This document shows positions 48,083 to 59,209 of a stretch of 64,000 nt of DNA, piece after piece; the stretch's first letter is position 1, and each line of letters starts with the position of its first letter. Under the pieces are notes generated by a model, which was not told the origin of the DNA, searched no databases, and saw only the letters and a program-made list of their open reading frames with translations. The position numbers and the translations under genes are program-made. This DNA comes from Callorhinchus milii (lineage: Eukaryota), in contig NW_024704774.1 of NCBI RefSeq assembly GCF_018977255.1, positions 1,054,001 to 1,118,000 on the forward strand, given 5' to 3'.

Positions 48083-50013
48083 AAACAATGTAATGCTAAT
48101 TTATTTTACAGGTAGGACAGTAATATTTTATTGATAATATGTGTAAAACATGAATAGATCGCCAATATAATCCATGCGTTTGTTCTGTTATTTCCTATAT
48201 TTTCATTAATCTACAGAATGAACAATAATTTGACAATGTTACAGCGGATTTCACAGTGAGATAACGTCTCAAACCGCCTGACACAGCGGTAATGGAGCGG
48301 GAGCTGAGGAAGGAGGAGAGAAAGACCACCAGAGTCAGGTGGAAAAGGAACATTTAAGGCGGGTTAAAAAGAGCCAATGTGGAGGGGGAGAGGCTGCGGG
48401 AGGGGATGGCAGACAGCGGGACCTGAACAGCTGAACACTGGTGAGCAGGTGGTGGGGAATTGAGCTGCCGAGGGAGCAGTCAGGCCGTGGGGCTGTGGCT
48501 GATGTTCAGTGGAATGAGGCCACGCAGGGACTTAAACTCCAGGAAGAAAAATACATTCAATCTTGTTCTGGCTCCAAATCCACCAGCAGATCCAATTGAG
48601 CATCTTTTATCCTGGAGAAGTTTGCTCTATACAGCTATTCCCAACACAAGCTCCAGACGACCCGGAACCCTGTGGGGCCTGTCCTCTCCAAATAGCCATG
48701 AGAGGCAATGCTGACAGACTGCCATGGCTGGTGCTGGAGAGGACAAGAGCTGCAGGATCTGGCTGGGCTGCAGCTTGTGTAGGGAAGAGCTGTGCAGTCA
48801 GGCTTAGAGAGCATTGGTCAAATAATAATAATAATGATAATAATAATATGATTACTCAATCCAAGTCTGTGTTGGACACGGATTTGCACAATTAGATGCT
48901 GCAGTTTCTCTTTAAAGTCAATTTACTTGACGCTGCATCATGTGAAACTCTCTGAGTTGTCTTGAAGACATGATCAGTCACGACAACAACTGCAAGAATT
49001 ATTGTTATTTAACTCACCCGAACAGACAACTGTATTATTATTATTATCATTATTATAACCAATACTGGACGTGAAGAAATATTGTTTAGTACATTTGCAA
49101 CAAGGGGGCAGGTAGAGTGTTGAATATGCTTCTCCTGCATGTGTTCACTTATTATTTATATTTATTTTCCTTTTTACTCCTCGTCATGTTTGTGTTCAAT
49201 ATAAACATCAAAGCCGCTGAGGGTCAGAGCCGTGAAGCCATTCCCCGACACTGTCCTGTAAACCTGCGGTATTGTATCTCAGCTGCAGTTACAGTGAGGA
49301 CAGAGACTATGGCTCTGGCTATGGTTCTGTGGATGATGGTCCCTATGTTACTGATTTAATGTATGTTTTTCTCAGGGACCTGCCCTCGGCTGTCGCTAAG
49401 TTAATGCTCTCAGTCTGTGATGATCCAATCCTCCAGATCGATTACCGTCAATAGCAGCGGCGCAGGACGGGAAGCTTCAGCCGGTGTTTACAACACGGGG
49501 ACTGGGAGCTGTACATAAACCCCATGTGTATTGGTTTCTTATAGAATAGAAAGATTGTAAAATCTTTAGATTAACAAGTAGAAGAAAAATAAAATAAATG
49601 ATTTGAAAATGCCTAAATTTGTAAATATCTTTGAAACAATCAGCATTTTCTTATCTCCGCTTCTAAATCATGCAGAAAAAAATCTGCTTTATGTACCGCT
49701 ATCAAGAGCAATGAGCAAATAAATACTTAAGTATCATGCACTGGAATGGAACATTTACTGACATGTTTAACTCAATGGTTCTTCATTTCTTTATGTAAAT
49801 CAATTTACTTTTACAAGTTGCTTATTTGCCGCTGTTTTCAAAAACTTTAACTTTATTGTGATACAATCAGTATTATTTTGATAAAATTTTAAATTGAAGA
49901 TATATCATATCCACGTATTTCTCAGTCTCTTTGTCTCACTAAACAAGTGTCTTCACATTGCTCAGAGCAGCGCTGGTGCTGAACAGGAGAAACTGCCCCA
50001 GAAACAGCTTCAT
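31291..50013 (-). CDS. CD163/WC1/SCART-family group B SRCR type I membrane receptor; 7 SRCR domains, about 974 aa (16-exon model)
   Basis: Exons 50013-49957, 47890-47851, 44614-44582, 43230-42907, 40976-40725, 40030-39716, 39214-38900, 37868-37554, 36903-36589, 35973-35662, 35520-35482, 35074-34967, 34214-34119, 33432-33328, 32661-32521, 31448-31291 sum to 2925 nt, stay open and have GT-AG boundaries; the first two exons are tentative. Confidence 0.85.
32521..32661 (-). CDS. SRCR gene cytoplasmic exon 3
   Basis: [21 protein letters not shown]...; AG/GTAAG, 141 nt, phase 1-1. Confidence 0.85.
33328..33432 (-). CDS. SRCR gene cytoplasmic exon 2
   Basis: [35 protein letters not shown]; AG/GTGAGT, 105 nt, phase 1-1. 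Confidence 0.82.
34119..34214 (-). CDS. SRCR gene cytoplasmic exon 1
   Basis: [32 protein letters not shown]; 96 nt, phase 1-1. Confidence 0.85.
34967..35074 (-). CDS. SRCR gene transmembrane exon
   Basis: [36 protein letters not shown]; CD163/WC1-like CIxLGxLL pattern; donor GTGAGA; AAG acceptor less certain. Confidence 0.85.
35482..35520 (-). CDS. SRCR gene Pro-rich stalk mini-exon
   Basis: TTTTGCAG|[13 protein letters not shown]|GTAAAT; 39 nt, phase 1-1. Confidence 0.8.
35662..35973 (-). CDS. SRCR domain 7 exon
   Basis: [15 protein letters not shown]...[10 protein letters not shown]; 8 Cys; 312 nt. Confidence 0.95.
36589..36903 (-). CDS. SRCR domain 6 exon
   Basis: [26 protein letters not shown]...DDVRVVCE; 8 Cys; 315 nt. 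Confidence 0.95.
37554..37868 (-). CDS. SRCR domain 5 exon
   Basis: [30 protein letters not shown]...[10 protein letters not shown]; 8 canonical Cys plus one extra; 315 nt. Confidence 0.95.
38900..39214 (-). CDS. SRCR domain 4 exon (lacks C2 and C7)
   Basis: [30 protein letters not shown]...DVGVLCS; 6 Cys; 315 nt. Confidence 0.93.
39716..40030 (-). CDS. SRCR domain 3 exon (missed by the ORF track)
   Basis: Hand translation: [48 protein letters not shown]...[24 protein letters not shown]; open, 8 Cys, 315 nt, AG/GTGAGT. Confidence 0.92.
40725..40976 (-). CDS. SRCR domain 2 exon (internally shortened, 84 codons)
   Basis: [17 protein letters not shown]...[20 protein letters not shown]; C5 and C6 absent; 252 nt, in frame. 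Confidence 0.88.
41330..41720 (+). mobile_element. Decayed LINE endonuclease-region fragment
   Basis: Remnant resembling YRKDR..RGG.V....K in broken frames; family uncertain. Confidence 0.4.
41823..42150 (+). mobile_element. Full-length young tRNA-derived DeuSINE-like SINE
   Basis: tRNA-Ala-like head (stem CTCGC, loop TTTGCAA), boxes A and B, Deu-like core, L2-like tail, long (TTA)n. Confidence 0.93.
42907..43230 (-). CDS. SRCR domain 1 exon, WC1 a1-like (lacks C2 and C7)
   Basis: [45 protein letters not shown]...[15 protein letters not shown]; 324 nt, phase 1-1. Confidence 0.95.
44582..44614 (-). CDS. SRCR gene N-terminal mini-exon
   Basis: CTTTCTCATTTCAG|[10 protein letters not shown]|GTGAGT; 33 nt, phase 1-1. 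Confidence 0.7.
   Translation of the reverse strand, partial: VLKSTVKLRN
45180..46860 (+). repeat. Three diverged tandem copies of a several-hundred-bp unit (GT-rich, G-run, GACTCGGAxGCGAGAGAG)
   Basis: Shared blocks at about 45290-45420, 45880-46095 and 46640-46850. Confidence 0.55.
46117..46376 (+). mobile_element. SINE with internal deletion of about 70 bp in the central domain
   Basis: AACAATAATAAC joined directly to GCGTTCGCCCAC, relative to the copy at 41823. Confidence 0.9.
47851..47890 (-). CDS. Tentative exon 2 of SRCR gene
   Basis: TAG|[13 protein letters not shown]|GTATGT; 40 nt; only the phase 0-to-1 reading is open, which bridges the phase-0 leader to the phase-1 mini-exon. 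Confidence 0.4.
48047..48076. repeat. (AT)15 microsatellite
   Basis: Directly visible. Confidence 0.95.
49957..50013 (-). CDS. Tentative signal-peptide exon of SRCR gene
   Basis: [19 protein letters not shown]|GTGAAG; hydrophobic core and small-residue cleavage region; weak donor. Confidence 0.5.
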
Positions 50014-51664
50014 TGCAACAAGACCGAGTCCCTCAGTGTCAGGTGTTCACTGTCAATTGTAGTTATTGGACAACAACAGTCAATCCTTTTCTTTTGAGTC
50101 AATAAAGAAAGTAAAATACTGAACTCAAAATAGGAATAGATTCAGCCATTCAGTCTCTGCGCTCGGGAACTCCTTCCCCCAGTCCCCACGACTCGCTGCC
50201 TCTTTCCCCCTCAACTCTCTGCCTCTTTCCCCTCTGATTAAAAGCAACAGAACCCTATGCGGAAAGGCAATATTTGTGTTGAAACCTTCCTTCACATGCG
50301 AGTAATATGCATGTAACTTTCAATCAAAAAAGCTTAATTTTTTCATAATCCATTCAACTATTTAACTTTAAATCAAGAGCTGCTGTGGCCTCCACCAACA
50401 GCAGGGAATTCAACTCAATACATGTTAGTTATTGCTGATAAACTGCTCATATCTGAAGTGTAAAGTAAAACAAACCAACAACCAAGCCAGAATAATATTT
50501 AATGCATTATCTAAAACCATCAAAAATGTTATAAAATTCACACGACACATAATCTGCTTAGAATTACAACACTGACCATTGCTGACCATTCACATTGCTC
50601 CAGGACTCACAGGCAATTGCTTCCAATGCGTTGAATTCAATATTTAAAACAGTTTTCACTATATGAGAAATGGTTTATGTATTTGCACAGCAATCCATTT
50701 TTCAGACAAAATTTTTTTTATTCCTGAGTGATTGGGAAAATGATCATCCAAATATTTCCCATATTTTGATCAAAAATACAACTTTCTTTTGCCCTTTTCC
50801 CTTTTTTTCACTTTAAAATTTACTAACACCATGAAACGCCATATACCAAATTGCAATTCAGTAAATATAATTTGATTCTATTACATGATCAGTGTGTAAA
50901 GTGGTCAGGACTAACAGAGATTAATCACCATCCTTAATTTTTAAGAATAGCACGCAGTATGATTATGTTGAAGATATATCAGAAACCATTAACTTACATG
51001 TCAGAATATGGAGAAGAATGTAGATGACCAGTGACCGCAGCATCACAACTGGACAGTGTGACATTGAATTGAGGGACATAAAGCGAGTGCTGTCAACCAC
51101 TGCCGTCTTGACCCTCCAGCACCGGACAACAGCTCACCACAGACCAATGTCTCTGTCCATATAACCAATAGATTGTTGATAGGTATAAAATGAAGCATTC
51201 GCCTGACAAGATTCACCAATGAGCGGTGATATTACCGTATATGGATATAATTGCTCGTCTTTTCTCTTTGATCGTGCTTCCTGAGAGACCAATGGCGGAA
51301 ATGTGGCTCATGAGTTGAGATGGGCCATCAAACATTTGTGCATTGTATGTGTCCATCAGGATTACAGATACTGGAGTATGTGAGGGTGTGGGGTGTGGAT
51401 CAATGTGTGTTCAGGGACCTCCAAATCTCTCTTGTGTTTGATGGGAGATGGACGCACAATTTGATCCACACACTTTGCAATCTATACATTTCCATCATGT
51501 TACATTGCATTGCATGTAATAACACGCACCAATGTTATAGCGCCTGATCATTTAATTGAGACGTCTCAAAGCGCTTCACAGAATACACGACCAAGTGAAT
51601 TGACTGAATATTTTGGGGGCAAAAAGTAGCAGTCAATGGCGGTAAAATGAGGAATATGGAAAGC

Positions 51665-51975
51665 TGTTTTATCTTGTACTGAACAGTGGAACCAGAAGAC
51701 ACGGCGTGCGATGAAGGAGGGTAAATGCTGAAGAAATCTTCTGCAACATTACTTCAGTGCACGAGGAGTAAACTTGTGGAACAGTTTGCATAGCGAGACC
51801 GTGAGGAAAAAAGTGCTTTATTTCAGGATCAGTTGAGATAGGTTTCTGCAAGAAAACAATATCTCGGGACACAGTATATGGTTTGGTACAAGGCATTTGA
51901 AGCGTCTCTCCGGATGGTGGAAGGCGAACTTGAAGGACCATGGTCTTTTTCAGCCGAAGAAATTCTGATGTTCTT
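51665..51975 (+). mobile_element. CR1-type LINE 3' fragment
   Basis: Decayed TR.H...FF...RGVNLWNSL motif and CR1-like 3' end. Confidence 0.7.
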
Positions 51976-53499
51976 AAATCGTAATGCAGGTGTGTGTTGG
52001 TTTAACAGAAACTTGCTCAAAGCCTTGTACAAAATGTGATCAGAAATACAGTTTAAAATAAAATTAATTATGTTAGCACAATCATTCATTCTCTTACTTG
52101 ATCATGTTTTAAATAAAGTTTGAATGGTTATATATAATCTCTCCTTCCTCTTTCGGGTATTGAAAGGAAAGTGATCAATGTTGACCTTGTGAATGATCAC
52201 ACTGTAGGCCATCACTATAGTAGGAGGGGGTGAGATGACTCTGGCTCCTGTTTAAAAATCGAGACAAGCTTAGGCATCAGCACATGAATAAAACTTTTAA
52301 TTTAAATAAAAGCTTTGGAGCATAAGTTGACGTACACAGATATATTTTATACATAAATAAGGACAATGAGAAACATCTCCTAATGGTGGGCGCGGCGCCT
52401 GAGCAGCGACACAGTGAGAGTCTGTGAGTTTATTGTGGAATCTTCTCAGTCTCTGTGTCTGATCACCAGCGGCAGAGACCTCTCCCCAGTGAAGGGACAG
52501 GTCAAGGTTTCAGTCATCCTGACTGCATTCACAGTGTAAATGTCTGACACACACAGTGACTCTGCCACCTTCTCCCTGTGCCTTGTATAATCCAGTCAAG
52601 ATTATGAATGCAGATCCCACAGAATATAGTCTCACTATTTTACTGTCTGGGTGATAGTCTGTTACACGACGTGAACAGATATAAAATGCAGCCGACAAGA
52701 TATTCTGTGTAAAAAGTACTGTAAACGTATCCCAGCAAATCAAAATGCCTCCGAGACTATCACCGGTTTCCTATTGAATGTGAAACTCTTGCTCCAAATG
52801 GGGAGATGGGAGCGAGTCGACTACATCAGGCTCCACAGTTCAGTAGCTGCCACTCAGAGCGGTTACAGCACAAACTTACAGAGGATTGAAACACTGCAGC
52901 GGATATTTACACTACACTAAAACTAGCAACACACCATGTACAACGACACCAAACTCCCGCACACATACACAAATGCATACACACACATTCACAAGCACAC
53001 ACACACACATTATATAAACATATGCCGCAACATGAAAAGACAGTTACACATCAGGTATAAAAATAAAGACATAGACAAACAAACAGTGGCACTCGGAACG
53101 CAACCATATCTCGGCCATGAATACAGATGCCTCACAGAATATAATCACATCCTGCACATCAACCGAGCAACTACAGGCGAACTGCACCGATGTGAAGCCT
53201 TCACATGGAACCAAAACTTACATTCTCATCAACAACAAACAATTATTTTTTGAAGAATGTTTCTAAGCAAACTCCTCCAGCATCTCCTGCAGCAACATAA
53301 GTGGTTTCACAGTATAAAACATAAGATTGTGGAATCATTTGCTGTGTGTTTACGTTTGCTGTTACCAGAGAGAGAGAGAGAGAAACAGAGAGAGCGCCAA
53401 GTGACACAACACTCATATTATGTCTCAGAGCTGAGTCGCTCCTGAGCACAGAAGCTTCACAGGAAACCAGGGCTGCTGCTGGCACTCAGGCCTCCTGAG

Positions 53500-53640
53500 A
53501 CACAGGGCTGGAGAGACTGGGTGCCAGAGATGTTCAGGGTTACAGAGGCTCAGGGCAAGAGAGGCTCAGAGCTGGAGAGGCTCAGGGCTGGAGAGGCTCA
53601 GGGCTGGAGAGGCTCAGGGCTGGAGAAGCTCAGAGCACGA
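53500..53640. repeat. 16-bp tandem repeat (CAGGGCTGGAGAGGCT)n
   Basis: About 7 copies, 3-4 near-perfect. Confidence 0.85.
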
Positions 53641-53989
53641 TACACTCGGGGCTGGAGAGGCTTGTCTTTTTCTCTGTCTCTTTCAGTCGCCGTTGTTTGG
53701 AGCTCCTCGTGTCTCTCCTTTTTTATTTCTGGTTTACTAACCATTTGTTCATCAGATTTTGACCGATTTCCTCCTGTCCTCTAAGTGTAGTGACTGGGAC
53801 GCGCTCTCAGTGTCTCGCCGCTTAGCTCCGTTGAACGAAGCCGCTGGTTATCATTGGTTGAAACACAAATCTCCCAATATAGAAGCTGCTCAATTTTACC
53901 GTTATAATCTCTGGACTCAAACGATGACTGTAACTCTGTCTTTGTAACCTCCAACACCGCTTGTCTCAACCGTTATTGAGTCTGCCCTG

Positions 53990-54429
53990 AATGTCCATCA
54001 GCTCCACAGTCTCTGAGCTCCAATGTCTGTGCACTGCCCTGGGTACCCGTGTCCTCCTGGGGCTCTGAGCTCCAATATCTGTGCTGCTGTGCGGTTGTCT
54101 AGTTCAGGGTGAATATAGTTGATTTTTTTAAAATATTATTTCATTTCCCATTCTCTGAAATCAACTCTCTTTAATCTTATCTCGCCTTTGTGAATCAGAA
54201 CTGAATCCCAGTGGTACAGGGAAAGGCAGTTGAATTAGACTAAACACCTTTTACTTCCAAAGACAGGTCCAACAAATGTCTTTCTTTTGTGCTTTAATTT
54301 CTAAGACACTGTGATGCATCTTTGAGGACTAAAGATTTACATTTGCAACTGATGCCCAATAACATATGAGCAACCGGCATTTTTCCTTCATTAAATCCAC
54401 GGTGTTTGATTATGTGTATGTGTGTGTGT

Positions 54430-54465
<36 letters not shown>

Positions 54466-57265
54466 TGGTGGCTGTGCGGGGTGTTGAGTGGGGGAAAGTT
54501 GGTAGGTTGATGTTGACGAGGAGGACTGGTAGCGGAATCTGCAGAGGCAGATCATACAGAGAGATAAGAAATATTTTAATCGACACGAGCTGCACCACAG
54601 ACTTCCTGGTGCTTTGCAGCGGGACCTGGATGTGAAGTCGAAGTAAATAACCGCCTATTTAATACATTAGATCAAGTTGTGTAAATCCACTGTCGTTAAT
54701 ACTAGAATTGTGAATAATGACGACAGTACATGTAACAGCAAACAATAAACTATGCGACACCAAACAGATGATTCCTGAGCGTTTTTGTGCTGTAATTACA
54801 AATCTCTCAAAGGCTGTAGGAACAAGTCACTGTGTGATTTAAACCTCAGAGGCCAATGTGCTGACATCTGAGTTGTCTTCATACCCGACATCTCTGCCAA
54901 ACCGAATTACCTCATGGCAATAAGTGTAACCATCATTTGATCACATACATTATGAATGACTATCTTCTGAGCTATAGATTGCTAAGGCTCTGTGATGCCA
55001 CTTTGGTTTTAAAGCGTTACACTTGAAACTGCTGTCAGATAACATCTAAGCTGCTGCTTCTTTCCTGCCATAAAACGTGCGTTCGTATGTGTGTGTGTGT
55101 GTACAGCGAAAGGCAAAGCGGCAGATTATATTAGCATTGAAATGTAGTTTCTGCTGCTTTGCTAACGGATCTGGATGTGGAAATTGAAGTAATTCCCGGC
55201 CTAACTAATACATTTACTGGTGGCTGATTCGTGCTTGAAATCAGCTCTGTTTCTATGTGTGAAAGAGAGAGAAAAGGAGACGGGGAATAGCGGATTGGAG
55301 CAGTGGAGGTTGGAGGGGAGGTTGCGGGACGAAGACTGCTGGCAGCGGAAGCTGCTGAGGCAGATCATACAGAGAGATAAAGAACATTTTAGTCGACACG
55401 AACTACACCACAGACTTTCAGGTGCTTTGCAGCAGGACATGGCTGTGCGTTTCAAGTAAATAAAGGCCAAAATAACACACTGGTCGAGTTATCTAAATCT
55501 ACTGTTCGTTCAGTTCGAATTATGCTAATCAATGTATCATTATATACGGTAACCTGAGCATTGTAAATGGATTGATGATATTCGCCAAAACACCTTTCGC
55601 ATTCATCTGTCTATGTCGGTAATAATTTGAATTCTTTAATCAAGTGATGATCAATTCTCTCTGAGTAATAATAATAATAATCCTTGCATTTGATATAGCG
55701 CTTTTCACGTCTGTCAGACGTCCCAAAGCGCTTCACAGAATACATTGTAAAGTGAATTAACTGTATATTTTGTGGGCGAATGCTGCAGCCAATGGCGCAC
55801 AGCAATGCCCCACAAACAGTCGTAGATTGAAAATGTCCAATTTATTATTGTTTTTGATTTTGGAGGGATTAGTATTAGGCTCTGTGTGGAGTAAGGAGAC
55901 TTGCCCAAGGTTTCGCCCTCTGCCTGGAATTGAACTCAGTTCTCTCGCTTGCAAAGCGAATGCTCTTACCACTGAGCTCCAGGACTCCACAATAAGCATG
56001 GTCTCTGTATTACAGGCCGGGTCCAGTTGTAATATTAACATTGCTTGGATTTGATATAATGCATTATCACATCTTCGGGACATCACACGTTGCTCCACAG
56101 AATATGCTGTACAAGCTGTAGAATATACTGTAGCTATTTGGATAACTTTAACTCAAGCAACATGTTTGTACTGTGGGCTTTACCTATCTATAACTTTGGT
56201 TTGTTTTGATTAACAAAGGCTTAACGTGAGAGGTCCCAGTCCAGGTGTCTTGTCGGCTTTTGAGAACATTACAGTCAGATAAGGAAGCCACTCTCCAGCC
56301 TGTAATACCTCGGGTGATCACGGTGGGGAGCAGATTTTAATGCACTGGAAGTTGAACGATCAACTGTTAACCTTCAAGGGAGGAAACATGCACATCATGT
56401 TTTATGCAAATTATTTAACTGATGTCAAATCTGAAATAATTTTCATTTCCAGTTAAATTAATACAGATTATTAAATTATAAAATTTGAGAAACGCCGCTG
56501 AGGTTGTAGATTTAAGAATAAATCAACAAAACAAAACAGTTTTACATTGGTCACAAAGGTGCAGGAATGTTGTGGTAAGCAATCTGCTGATTTCAAACAA
56601 TTCAAGCTAAAATACTAAATTCCTCAACAAAGACAGATTATCGTAGATATTCCACAAACAGGAGTTATGACGATGCATGCCCAACATTAAAACATGGCTG
56701 AGACTAATTCATATTTCCTGATCAGTGATCAGTTCTTAAGCATCTGGAAGAGAAATATAAAAGGTTGTTTGGGAAATGGCTGCCGAATGGAATGAAACCG
56801 ATTGCAACCACTATTTAAGAAATCTTTAATACAAGCACGACTTTCCATGTTTTAAACAGGTTGATCATAGCCACCGGATGATCAAAGCCACCATCATATC
56901 CCCAGGTGATCATTGTCACCAGGTACCGAATGATCATAGCCTCGTTGTTACCTTTGAAGCCCTCTGCGCTTTTTGCCACAACCGACCTGTGCAGATTCCT
57001 TACACCCTACGAAATGATATGATTCCTTACGCTGCCTGTTTAATGTCTCCTGCCCTGCCCTGTCCAACCCGCCATAAGTCTTTCAGCCTATCTGCCACCA
57101 CTCTCTTTAGCGTTAGCCGCTCCACTCCGCAATTGACCTCTGTAAAGTGACATACACTAATCTACAAATAGAGTTTGCCTTCATTTGTCCATATAGGTAA
57201 TATTTTCTATACATACGTCAAGCGAAGATCATTTCATTATATATTGACACTTTAAGCCTCATTCA
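53990..57265 (-). repeat. Right arm of inverted segmental duplication (partner 24265-28260)
   Basis: Same collinear reverse-complement matches as the left arm. Confidence 0.8.
55666..55988 (-). mobile_element. Full-length DeuSINE-like SINE
   Basis: Reverse complement of consensus from head to (TTA)n tail. Confidence 0.92.
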
Positions 57266-57379
57266 GTTGATAGTCTCCCCTTTATTGTGAAAATGTATAT
57301 GAAACCGTTTAAAAGATGGGAGTGAATCCACAAATGCACACTTCTCTCAAAGTCTAACATCACCACGACACCCCCGTGT

Positions 57380-57950
57380 CACTGTCTCCTGCAGGTTTTG
57401 AGTAACAATGTCAATCGAAGCCGGTGAACACTTTTATCAATGTAACATTCACAACAGTCAGGAATTTTCCTCATTGTGTACTCTATATTTGACCAGGAAC
57501 AGGAGTTCAATATACATGGATAACAGAGGAAGCCACTTAGAAATGCAATGCAAGGCTCAGTCCGACACATGCCTATCGCTGAGCATTCTAGAGTCGGATT
57601 GGAGGCATATCGGTTTGCCAAAGCCGCTCATATGCTAAATTGGATGAAGCATAGAAGTTGCACTTGGCCCTCGATAACATGAAGTAGCTGACACATCATA
57701 CACTGTCCAGTGCATATCCTACCACAACACTGAAGGCAGATATCCATCCAATCGCTGATGTGGAAACTCTGGGGCGACAGATGCTTCAAGGTTTTACCTG
57801 GAGTTCGAGTTTGTGTACACAAATTGGTACATCTTATGCCTGGAATCCACCTTGATTGGTTTGAAGAGAGCTGGTGCTTATCTCCGCCCTTCCAACTCAA
57901 CAGTTGGTGGTGTGAAGGGACATACTGTGACAAGCTGTGTTGTTAGAGAC
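57380..57950 (-). mobile_element. Decayed LTR-retroelement/ERV integrase fragment
   Basis: Broken minus frames CTNLCTQTRTPGK...WMDI...GK...VYDV...SGFGKPICLQSDS resemble integrase CxxC, first Asp and FGxPxxxxSD motifs. Confidence 0.45.
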
Positions 57951-58269
57951 AGAGATTGTCGGTGTGGTATGAGGGATAGACTGTGATAGGCTGTGCAGGG
58001 TGAAGTGTCGTGAAAATCCCTCTTTGTTCCATGGTGTAACTGATCGTTGTGTCGTATATCTCTTCCCCTCCTAACCGTCCTTCCCGAGTCAACCATAAAT
58101 CATGAGACTGCAACAACCACCAATGATCCAATAATCGTTTATTATAATGAAGGGAAACAAATGGTATTTTTGTTATAAGAAAGTACAAAAGCAGTATAAA
58201 ACTTCACTTTTTATCACACAATGTCCAGCAATAAACTTAAAACTGATAACCATCTACTTAATAGCACCT

Positions 58270-58830
58270 TTCACATCAGAAGGACGTCCCAAAGAGCTGC
58301 AGTCACAGGTTTGCATCTGAGTTGGAGGTTGGATTCATGGAAACGTGGGACCATAGGCGTGGGGAGATAACCAAAGGCGTAAATAAAAAGTACCCTCTTG
58401 AGAAGGATCTTGAAGGAGACGAGGGGAATCTGGGATAGAATTCTAGAAAGCTGAATGCTGCTTTTAGGAAGGCAGGATGATGAATATGAAGCAGGCCATT
58501 GCTACCAAGCGGAAGCAGCGGGCTGATACGTAGTGTTTTAAAAGCTCAACAATGTATGATGGGACTGTTGAGGATTTAAAAATGAAGACGAGCATCTTAA
58601 GATCTGTGCTCTGGGGGATGGGGAGCCAGTGGACCAGGGGGAGGAATGGGGCAATACAGTCATGAAGCCTGTTGTGGGAGAGGATACGAACGTTAGATTT
58701 CTGATTATTATGGAGCCTGTCGAAGGAAAAATTGGGAATTCCAACAAGCAGATTTTTGGCGTTGTCAAGCTTGAACATGACGAAAGTTTGGATAAATCGT
58801 GTGCCAGCCTGGCTCAGTGGTAGAACTCTT
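58270..58830 (-). mobile_element. L2-type LINE ORF2 C-terminal/3' fragment
   Basis: FIQTFVMFKLD...LLVGIP...RIL...HDCIAPFL..VHWLPIPQ..DLKMLVFIFKS...PSYIVELL..Y. Confidence 0.85.
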
Positions 58831-59209
58831 CTTTTCAAATCGCACATCGGGACTTGGTTTCATAAAATATTAGATGACTCTGCAAACCAGTGCTGAATCG
58901 GCACTCCTTTCTCAGAGGTGCTTTCCTTTCGGTGAGACAATAAACCGAGATCATGTGTATCTGCTCAGGCATATGTTAAAGTTCATATGGCGCAACTTGA
59001 AAAGTGAAGGGAATGTCTCCCAACCAGCAGTCCCCCAAACAAAGTAGTCACTCATTTCTGAACTGATTATGCAAAACTACTCTGCGCTCATTGGATGCCG
59101 CATTTTGCCCATGGACACCTGAATTCAGTTTCCGTTATATCATCTGAGGCGCTTTTAGATATCTCGACTATATAATACATCACTGTGACAAAAGCACGGA
59201 CTATTATCA

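Noticed and set aside
52410-52558. Three CACAGTG heptamers as RSSs
   Set aside because: No nonamer at 12 or 23 spacing for any of them
55220-55459. 79-aa ORF MADSCLKSALF...
   Set aside because: Frame not preserved in paralogous copies at about 54450, 26500 and 27300; no recognisable domain
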